Both the position numbers and the translations under genes were made by a program. A stretch of 64,000 nucleotides of DNA from Bacillota bacterium (GTDB lineage Bacteria > Bacillota > Peptococcia > Peptococcales > BICA1-8). The notes beneath the pieces are model-generated. The model was not told the origin of the DNA. It searched no databases and saw only the letters and a program-made list of their open reading frames with translations. This document shows positions 56,999 to 64,000 of the stretch, piece after piece. Positions within the stretch are counted from its first letter, which is position 1; the number at the start of each line of letters is the position of its first letter. The DNA is taken from contig JBMOKT010000021.1 in assembly GCA_049323895.1 (NCBI GenBank), positions 193,219-257,218 on the forward strand, read 5' to 3'.

Positions 56999-57859
56999 AT
57001 GTCAAATTTAAACGCTGAAGAATATAAATCATTTGAAAGCATAAAGCATGTTCGCGAAAACGGAAAGAGAATTTTGGTTCGCGCGGGAGCTTGCTGAGGT
57101 TTTAGAATATGTACAATGGAGAAATTTTCAGAAAGTAATTGACCGTGCTATTCTTGCCTGTAAAAACAGCGGATTTGCGGTTATCGACCATTTTGCTGAG
57201 GTCAGCAAAATGGTCGATATAGGCAGTTTAACTCAAAGAAAAATTAGAGAGACTATGAACTTACACGCTATGCTTGTTACTTAATTGTTCAAAACGGCGA
57301 TCCGAGAAAAGAAATTATCGCATTGGGTCAAACCTATTTCGCTATACAGACGCGGTGCCAGGAAGTCCAGGATGCTTTTAATCAGCTTGACGAAAACAAC
57401 AAACGGTTAGTTGTTCGCGGCAATATAAAACATTGGAATCAGCTCCTTGCTGAAGCGGCACACAATGCCGGAGTTATTACCGATGAGGAATTTGCAATCT
57501 TCCAGAATGCCGGATACATGGGCCTTTATGGCGGCATGACGGTCTCCGATATTCATACAAGAAAAGGCTTGAAGAAAAACGATAAAATCCTTGATTATAT
57601 GGGCAGCACAGAGCTGATTGCTAATCTGTTCAGAATTTCGCAGACCGAAGAAAAGCTGAAGCGGGATGAGGTTTCTACGGTGGAAGCCGCAAATAATACC
57701 CATTACGAGGTCGGTGAAAAAATCCGTAAAGCCATTATTGAAATGGGGGCTACCCTTCCGGAAGACCTGCCTGTTCCGGAGAAAAATATTCAGACTATTG
57801 AGCGTGAGGAAATTCGCAAGCTTAGAAATTCGAAAAAGAAGCTGATGCTGGATGAATAA
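56999..57859 (+). pseudogene. dinD: DNA-damage-inducible protein D (DinD) homolog, two frameshifts
   Basis: The conserved DinD-like sequence is spread over three frame segments. These are MSNLNAEEYKSFESIKHVRENGKE (from 56999), FWFARELAEVLEYVQWRNFQKVIDRA... (57048..57284 frame), and [35 protein letters not shown]... (57323..57859 frame). Confidence 0.7.
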
Positions 57860-57930
57860 ACCCGTCGATTTCGACTGGTTTAAATGATAGTTGCCTTCTA
57901 TATTTACTTTTCAAACAGGGGGTTGCAGTT

Positions 57931-58863
57931 TTGGAGCAAAAGAAATCGACTGATTTTAATATCTATTATTTAAATTTCTCAAAAGTTTATGAAATTGCCA
58001 TGATGATAAACAATGTTATTCTTACTAAAATCGAAAAAGATCATAGTAAAAGTTTTGAGGAGCAATATGGCTTTACATCATCAATATCAGCCCAAGGAAC
58101 GAAATCATTTCTTGATGGAATAAAGGCTTCAATATCTTCAGACGCGAGAGAAACATCTTTTTCTTCTTCTAAGGTTATCGAAACATTAGATGTGAAAACG
58201 ACTAAATCCATATTGCTCCGAAGAGTAATTGAACGATGTGCAAATGTTAAAAACTTTGATGAATTAAGTGAAGGAGACCTTGTTAAGATTGATAATGTCA
58301 GGCTTGAATTGTTAGATGAAGAAAGCCTGCGACAGTTTTTAATTCTCAGACGAGATGCTTTAAAAGGGGTTAGGGTTGAAGGCATGGAGATTAATAATCT
58401 CATTAGTTCCATGCTACAAGATTATGCCTACATACTTAAGGGGTCTGTAGCCGACAACAAAAAAGATTCTGCTATTACTGAAATTATTATTAAAATCCCT
58501 CTTGAAATACAAACGGAGTTTGAAAACAAATATAATATAGACGATTTACTTATTGGGCATGTCTCTGTTGTGGGCATGTACAAAGGAATTGTAAAAGAAG
58601 AATTTATATCATCGAATACGTTTACTTATCTTCAGGAAATAGGTATTCGTCAGTCGGCGGACAGTACTTCAAAAATTATTAAGAGTTCCACGCCGCCAGT
58701 TCCAATTGCCGGGAAAGCAGCACAAAAACAAGACGAGTATCATTTCATTGATACTTTAGCAATTATACAGGACGTTGCTTTTAAATTAGAGGAACTGAAA
58801 ACGACTAAATTGCATTGGTGGAACAAGATTGGCATTTGGCTTAGTAATTTGAAGAGGAGTTGA
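57931..58863 (+). CDS. hypothetical 310-aa protein, candidate DolA-like (DUF6414?) partner of the AAA+ ATPase
   Basis: TTG start with AGGGGG 8 nt upstream and no TM segments. Its stop lies 3 nt before the next gene. The family assignment rests only on architecture. Confidence 0.45.
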   Translation: MEQKKSTDFNIYYLNFSKVYEIAMMINNVILTKIEKDHSKSFEEQYGFTSSISAQGTKSFLDGIKASISSDARETSFSSSKVIETLDVKTTKSILLRRVIERCANVKNFDELSEGDLVKIDNVRLELLDEESLRQFLILRRDALKGVRVEGMEINNLISSMLQDYAYILKGSVADNKKDSAITEIIIKIPLEIQTEFENKYNIDDLLIGHVSVVGMYKGIVKEEFISSNTFTYLQEIGIRQSADSTSKIIKSSTPPVPIAGKAAQKQDEYHFIDTLAIIQDVAFKLEELKTTKLHWWNKIGIWLSNLKRS

Positions 58864-58866
58864 AGA

Positions 58867-60411
58867 ATGTCTCTTTATACTTTATATACATATAAAGACA
58901 TCAATGAGTTCCGTCAGATACAGAAAGATTTTGAAATTTATCCATTCATTTTTGCGGAGACTAAAGATCTGTTAGAATCCGAACCTGATTCGGTTATAGA
59001 TATTTCTGCATTAATCTATCTGCTGAGAGTTAACAAAGATAATTGTTATTCCGCACGAATTAATCTCAGAGAGATGACGGAAGATACCAGGATAATCGTC
59101 CATGAATCACTTGCGGACGATGCTATTTTTTTCTTCCCGGATTTGTTTTCGTCGCATGAATCATTCTTTAAAAACAATGATGCTTCAGATGATGCAGAGA
59201 AATCCGCAATTGTATCTCTACTTACTCGTCAATCGATATATGTATATTATAATTCAAATGATTTGGCAAAGATTATTGAATATGCTAATGGACACAACAT
59301 TCCTTTAGCTACTTTTTCCCGTGCATCTGGTGACTTAAAATCGGAACTCGAAAAATTTAATAAGTCTGCAGAAATGGCAATAGTAGATTTAACATCTGTT
59401 TCCCATGCAATAGAAGATAATAAAAATCTTATTTATGCTCTTGAAATGTTTATAAATCAATTTAAGAATTTAAAAGTAATAGCTTTGGCAGCTCAAATAG
59501 ATACCATATTGAGATATTTCCCTTTATATTTCTCTGGACAAGAACCCATCAAAAAATTACTTCCTGACCTTGAAGGCATCTCTGAGGTCGAAGGTCATGT
59601 GGAAAAAGACATAGTTAAATTAACTACTCTATCAAAACCTGAAACTGATGAGTTTATTGAAAAATTTAACCATAACTTAATAGGGCATTCGCACTTCAAA
59701 GACAAATTTAAGTACTATATGAAGAATTTTATTGAACTGAATAAAGCGAAAGAGCAAAAGGTTTTGTCTTTATTTTTGTTAGGTTCTTCGGGGATAGGCA
59801 AAACAGAGGTAGCACGTTTAATTGCTAATGGACTACGACAAGACAGTTATTTAGCTAAGATTAACTTTCAGAATTATAGCAGTCATGATGCATTGAACAG
59901 CTTGATAGGAAGCCCGGCGGGTTATATCGGTTGTGAACATGGTGAACTGAGCGATAAAGTGAAAAAGAGTAAAGTCGGAGTTATTTTGTGCGACGAATTT
60001 GAGAAAACAACACGGCCAGTCTTTTCGTTCTTTCTTGAATTGCTGGAAGAGGGAAAATTCACTGATTCAATGGCCAGAGAATATGAATTGGATGGTTATG
60101 TAATAGTTTTTACATCTAATCTGCAGAATGAGGCTGAATATAAAAAAATTATTCCGCCAGAACTACAAACGAGATTTGACTTGGTCTGTGAATTTGAAGA
60201 GCCAACGTATAGCGAGAAAACACAATTTTTGGAGTTATTGCTTGAGCAGGCGCAATCTAAATTTATGGATCAGTTTTCGAAGATTGAGATGACAGCTGCC
60301 GAAAAAAACCAGCTATTTAATTTTAGTTACTCAAATATAAAAGCTTTGCGTGATATAAAAAAGGTTTTCAATCTACGGTTGATGGATTTCTTTATTTCGA
60401 AAGGCTTTTGA
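58867..60411 (+). CDS. ClpA/ClpB-type (AAA_2) AAA+ ATPase with a unique ~280-aa N-terminal region, candidate DolB-like
   Basis: Walker A LLGSSGIGKTEVARL, substrate-side motif LIGSPAGYIGCEHGELS, Walker B VILCDEFEK, LELLEEGKFTD, sensor VIVFTSNL. This is the D2-like module of Clp/Hsp100 proteins, without the other Clp domains. Confidence 0.65.
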   Translation: MSLYTLYTYKDINEFRQIQKDFEIYPFIFAETKDLLESEPDSVIDISALIYLLRVNKDNCYSARINLREMTEDTRIIVHESLADDAIFFFPDLFSSHESFFKNNDASDDAEKSAIVSLLTRQSIYVYYNSNDLAKIIEYANGHNIPLATFSRASGDLKSELEKFNKSAEMAIVDLTSVSHAIEDNKNLIYALEMFINQFKNLKVIALAAQIDTILRYFPLYFSGQEPIKKLLPDLEGISEVEGHVEKDIVKLTTLSKPETDEFIEKFNHNLIGHSHFKDKFKYYMKNFIELNKAKEQKVLSLFLLGSSGIGKTEVARLIANGLRQDSYLAKINFQNYSSHDALNSLIGSPAGYIGCEHGELSDKVKKSKVGVILCDEFEKTTRPVFSFFLELLEEGKFTDSMAREYELDGYVIVFTSNLQNEAEYKKIIPPELQTRFDLVCEFEEPTYSEKTQFLELLLEQAQSKFMDQFSKIEMTAAEKNQLFNFSYSNIKALRDIKKVFNLRLMDFFISKGF

Positions 60412-60438
60412 TATTTATACTACCTTACCAACAACCAC

Positions 60439-60472
60439 AGGTCGGGTGTTCAAGTCACCTTGCCAGCTCCAT
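60439..60472 (+). repeat. 34-bp direct repeat, right copy
   Basis: Identical to 45495-45528. Confidence 0.9.
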
Positions 60473-60480
60473 GAAAAAAA

Positions 60481-60512
60481 AACGTGTAGTTTCAACGACT
60501 ACACGTTTTTTT
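60481..60512. terminator. bidirectional rho-independent terminator
   Basis: AACGTGTAGT ttcaacg ACTACACGTT, flanked by an A9 run and a T7 run. Confidence 0.8.
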
Positions 60513-60587
60513 ATTGTCTTTTATTTATATCACTGTCAAATTGAATAATATTATAACAAATGTTATAATAAATGCAACATAATCGAG

Positions 60588-60806
60588 GTGAGTAAAATGG
60601 ATTATCCTCAAATGATTAGAGAAATACGTTCAATATTAAATATTAGCCAGGAGGACTTGGCTCGTGCGTTGCATATTAGTTTTGCAACTGTGAACCGTTG
60701 GGAAAACGCAAAAACCACTCCAAGTAAAATGGCACAGCGAACATTAATCGATTTTTGTAAAAAGAATAAGTCCCTTCAGTCGGTGATAGATAGGTATAAA
60801 TTTTAA
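60588..60806 (+). CDS. XRE-family HTH protein (72 aa), possible controller of the R-M module
   Basis: IREIRSILNISQEDLARALHISFATVNRWENAKTTPS. Confidence 0.8.
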   Translation: MSKMDYPQMIREIRSILNISQEDLARALHISFATVNRWENAKTTPSKMAQRTLIDFCKKNKSLQSVIDRYKF

Positions 60807-60835
60807 GCAAGATTCTTTATTGGGGGTAAAACAGA

Positions 60836-62485
60836 ATGTCCACAAATATATCAAAGCAAAAAAGAGATGACCTTGTAAATAAAATCAAAGCAATTCGCAC
60901 CTATATCGCCAGCGGCTATCAAAATGAGAATACCGGCAATCTTTTAACATACCTAAGCGAATTAGAAAAAGAGGTTAAGGCTAAAAAATATGGTCTTGTG
61001 TTCGAGGAACACCTCGAAGCAGTGGACGAATTGCTCGAAACGCACGTTCCTGTGTTGGCTGAAGAGAAAGAACTTTTTATCGACAACGGCGGGCAAGTGA
61101 ATTTCCTCATTGAGGGAGATAACCTTGCCGCTCTGCGTTTGCTTGAAAAAACACACCGTGGTCGGATTGATTTTATCTATATAGACCCGCCGTACAATAC
61201 GGGAGGGACAGACTTTAGGTATGATGATACTATTGTAGCAAAAGAGGATGGGTTTAGGCACTCTAAATGGATTTCATTTATGCAGAAACGCTTGGATATT
61301 GCGCGAAAGTTGTTAACTGAAGATGGGCTGATTTTCATTAGCATAGACGATAACGAATTGGCTACTCTGAAATTATTGTGCGATTCGATATTTGGCGAGG
61401 ATAACAGAGTGGAAACAATTGTGTGGAAAAGCAAGTATGGTGCTGGAGCAAAGACTGTTGGCTTTATAAGCGTTCATGAATATGTTTTATGCTACAGTAA
61501 AAATCCGATTAAGAACCTCACCTCGGAACTGGATGAAGAGGGTCAACAAAAATATAACAAGAAAGACAGTAAATTTGACCAACGAGGCGGATATCTTACC
61601 CAACCTCTTATGACCACGAGCCTTGGCGACCGTCCCAATTTGGTCTATGACATTGAATATAATGGAGATGTGATACATCCTCGCAAACAATGGGTTTGGA
61701 GTAGAGAGAGGCTTGAAGAAGCTATAGCCAATGATGAGGTTGTTTTTAGTCGCCAAAAAGATGGAAGCTATTCAGTCAGAGCAAAAAAATATCTTTATGA
61801 TGAACAAGGCAACATTAGGCGCGGAAAGCCACTTTCTGTAATGGTTAGACCTTTGACTCAAGATGGAACTGAAGAGATTCGCCATATTTTTGGATCAGAG
61901 GACACTTTCAAGTTTTCAAAACCAAGTGAATTAATTCGATTTTTTATTACTTTGGAAGTAAACGATAAACCTAATAAGTCGTTTACAATCCTCGATTTTT
62001 TTGCCGGTTCAGGCACAACAGGTGAAGCCGTAATGAAGGCAAATGTCAAAGACAAAGGTGAGCGCCGTTTCATACTTTGTACAAACAACGAGAATGACAT
62101 ATGTCGGAATGTCACATATCAAAGAATAAAAAAATCAAGCGAAGAATTGAAAAGCAAATCTTCCTTAAAGTATTACCGAATTGAGTTTGTACCAATTACC
62201 GAGCGACTTTACTACGAATATGCCGATGAATTGCTTCTACATATCTGCGAATTGGTGGAGTTGGAGAACGGCGTTAATTTCATCGGCAATACTGAAATCG
62301 CTATCGTGCTGACGGATGATGAAATGGAAAAATTCGTCGCCAACATTGCCGAATTCAAAAAATGCCGCAAACTCTATGTCGGGCATAACGTGCTTCCGAC
62401 AGGCGAGCAGCAAGATGCCTTGAAAAAAGCCCATATCGAAGTGAACGTGATACCGAACTACTATTATAACGAGTTGGAGGTCTGA
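60836..62485 (+). CDS. mod: Type III restriction-modification DNA methyltransferase (Mod), N6-adenine / N4-cytosine beta class
   Basis: Motif IV IYIDPPYNTG precedes motif I DFFAGSGTTGEAV (beta-class order). The HSKWISFM block is typical of Mod proteins. A Res-type helicase follows directly. Confidence 0.85.
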   Translation: MSTNISKQKRDDLVNKIKAIRTYIASGYQNENTGNLLTYLSELEKEVKAKKYGLVFEEHLEAVDELLETHVPVLAEEKELFIDNGGQVNFLIEGDNLAALRLLEKTHRGRIDFIYIDPPYNTGGTDFRYDDTIVAKEDGFRHSKWISFMQKRLDIARKLLTEDGLIFISIDDNELATLKLLCDSIFGEDNRVETIVWKSKYGAGAKTVGFISVHEYVLCYSKNPIKNLTSELDEEGQQKYNKKDSKFDQRGGYLTQPLMTTSLGDRPNLVYDIEYNGDVIHPRKQWVWSRERLEEAIANDEVVFSRQKDGSYSVRAKKYLYDEQGNIRRGKPLSVMVRPLTQDGTEEIRHIFGSEDTFKFSKPSELIRFFITLEVNDKPNKSFTILDFFAGSGTTGEAVMKANVKDKGERRFILCTNNENDICRNVTYQRIKKSSEELKSKSSLKYYRIEFVPITERLYYEYADELLLHICELVELENGVNFIGNTEIAIVLTDDEMEKFVANIAEFKKCRKLYVGHNVLPTGEQQDALKKAHIEVNVIPNYYYNELEV

Positions 62486-62487
62486 AT

Positions 62488-64000
62488 ATGAACATTACTC
62501 TTGCGAATTACCAATTAGCCGCGATTGCGAAGTTGAACGAGGGTATGGCTTCCGACAAGCGTGATATTGTTCTTAAAAGCTGTACTGGAAGCGGCAAGAC
62601 CGTTATTCTCACACACTTTATGAGCGAGTATTGCCGCAGCCACGGCAACACCGTGTTTGTGTGGCTTACACCCGGAAAAGGCAACCTCGAAGAACAGAGC
62701 AAAGCCAAAATGGATAAGCACATCCACGGGGCGCAGACGAAATTGCTTTATGATGTAATGACAAGTGGCTTCGAAGCAAACGACTGCTGCTTTATCAATT
62801 GGGAGAAGCTGACCAAGAAAGGTAATAACGCCCTCAAGGAGGGCGAACGTACCAATTTCAAAGAACATATTGAAAAGGCTCTTGATAATGGGATTTCTTT
62901 CGTTATCATAGTGGACGAGTCGCATCAGAATGACACAATCAAAGCAAAAGAGATTCTGGACTATTTCAAGACCGAGAAGATAATTCGCTCCTCCGCCACG
63001 CCCAAGGGCTATACAGATGCCTTTATGGTCGATGTCCCCGAAGCGGACGTAATTGCAGAGGGGCTCATAAAGAAGTTGCTTATCATCAACGAAAATTTCT
63101 CGCAGAGCATTGAAGTTGCAGATCAAGTCGAATTCTTACTTGATAAAGCAGTGGCAAAGCAGCAGGAACTTCGTGCCGCTTTTTTGCAACATAATGCGGA
63201 CGTAAATCCTCTGGTTGTTATTCAGCTGCCAAACAACTCTGATCTTTTGCTTTCGCAGGTTGAGAAATACCTTGAAAGTAAGGGCATCACATATGAAAAT
63301 AATCAACTTGCGGTTTGGCTCGCTGACAAAAAGCAGAATGATGAAGGGATTGACGAACCAAATGCCGAGCCTGTGGCTATAATCATCAAGCAAGCTATAG
63401 CGACGGGTTGGGATTGCCCACGGGCACACATATTGGTCAAACTTCGTGACAATATGAGCGAGACCTTTGAGATTCAGACTATCGGGCGTATCCGGCGCAT
63501 GCCGGAACAAAAGCACTATGAAAGCGATTTGCTCGACAGTTGCTACCTTTACACTTTGGACGAGAAGTTTACAGAGAGTGTTAAACAGCACCTTGGCAAA
63601 GATGCGCTTGATGCCCTGAAACTCTATATTAAGGCAGAGCATCGTGGCTTTACGATTATCAGCGAGTATAAAACCGATGTGCCGTTTCCCCGTGATGCCG
63701 CCCTTGCCCTTAAGGTGTTGGCAAAACATTTTGAAACGAAGTATTCGGCGAAGCCAAAAGCAAAGGAAAACAGAACTCGCCTTGAGACCGCTGGATATGT
63801 TTTCTCGGAATTGGTAGTTGAAGAAACCAAGTCCGGTTCTGTTACGTCGCTTGTAAAAGAGGAGTTTAATTCGCTGAATACAATAAATATCAGCCAAAAA
63901 CTTGATACGCACAAGCACGGGCGAGAGTACCACCATTGCGCTGCCGAAATTGGCTTAAAGCTGACGCTTGAATACAGCACTATTAACACCATTCTTCAGA
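62488..64000 (+). CDS. res: Type III restriction enzyme Res subunit (SF2 DEAH helicase-nuclease), 3'-partial
   Basis: This gene is not in the ORF track because it has no stop inside the window. I translated it by hand from the ATG at 62488 (RBS GGAGG 7 nt upstream), and it is open to 64000. Motifs are LKSCTGSGKT (I), IIVDESH (II), SATP (III), and IKQAIATGWDCPRAHILVKL...QTIGRIRR (V/VI). Confidence 0.8.
   Translation, partial: MNITLANYQLAAIAKLNEGMASDKRDIVLKSCTGSGKTVILTHFMSEYCRSHGNTVFVWLTPGKGNLEEQSKAKMDKHIHGAQTKLLYDVMTSGFEANDCCFINWEKLTKKGNNALKEGERTNFKEHIEKALDNGISFVIIVDESHQNDTIKAKEILDYFKTEKIIRSSATPKGYTDAFMVDVPEADVIAEGLIKKLLIINENFSQSIEVADQVEFLLDKAVAKQQELRAAFLQHNADVNPLVVIQLPNNSDLLLSQVEKYLESKGITYENNQLAVWLADKKQNDEGIDEPNAEPVAIIIKQAIATGWDCPRAHILVKLRDNMSETFEIQTIGRIRRMPEQKHYESDLLDSCYLYTLDEKFTESVKQHLGKDALDALKLYIKAEHRGFTIISEYKTDVPFPRDAALALKVLAKHFETKYSAKPKAKENRTRLETAGYVFSELVVEETKSGSVTSLVKEEFNSLNTINISQKLDTHKHGREYHHCAAEIGLKLTLEYSTINTILQ

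Noticed and set aside
62515-63992. Tracked minus-strand ORFs 62515..63126, 63136..63936, 63624..63992 and 62508..62723
   Set aside because: They are antisense to a plus-strand ORF that is open from 62488 to the window end and carries clear SF2 helicase motifs. Their translations are low-complexity with no motifs.

Overview
Low-GC Firmicute (Clostridia-like, probably a spore former) chromosomal segment; I cannot name the species. About 1-45.5 kb is a conserved housekeeping backbone, mostly on the minus strand. It carries purine salvage (xpt, guaA, hpt), a split YeeE/YedE plus rhodanese sulfur-uptake operon, and groES-groEL with a perfect CIRCE operator. It also carries fixABCX/etf, tsaEBD-rimI, tex, alr-mazEF, nnr-acpS, cdaA-cdaR-glmM, DUF881-sbp-DUF881, and a PilZ-MinD ATPase coupled to a class II ribonucleotide reductase. 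Almost every intergenic spacer in this backbone, including spacers inside operons, is filled by three unusual repeat families. These are drifting 7-9 bp tandem arrays, a ~30-bp mosaic 'GGGTGAAGATTGCTAGTCTGA / GTCAGACGCAA' family, and a ~100-nt hairpin-forming element. A dense one-orientation cluster of DnaA-box 9-mers lies upstream of etfB. From about 45.5 kb to the window end the content is accessory, and a perfect 34-bp direct repeat (45495-45528 and 60439-60472) brackets about 15 kb of it. That segment holds an HTH plus ~1675-aa DUF4011/SF1-helicase/Vsr-like nuclease gene (Hhe-like) with a small tandem-repeat protein, and a higher-GC conjugative-element remnant whose serine recombinase is truncated next to an IS1182-like insertion with an 8-bp target duplication. 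It also holds a same-strand cassette of a frameshifted MBL-fold hydrolase, a 4-TM protein, a frameshifted dinD, and a two-gene module (310-aa protein plus ClpB-like AAA+ ATPase, Dodola-like). After the second repeat copy comes an HTH plus Type III restriction-modification module that runs off the window. All functional calls come from reading motifs by eye; no database search was run.
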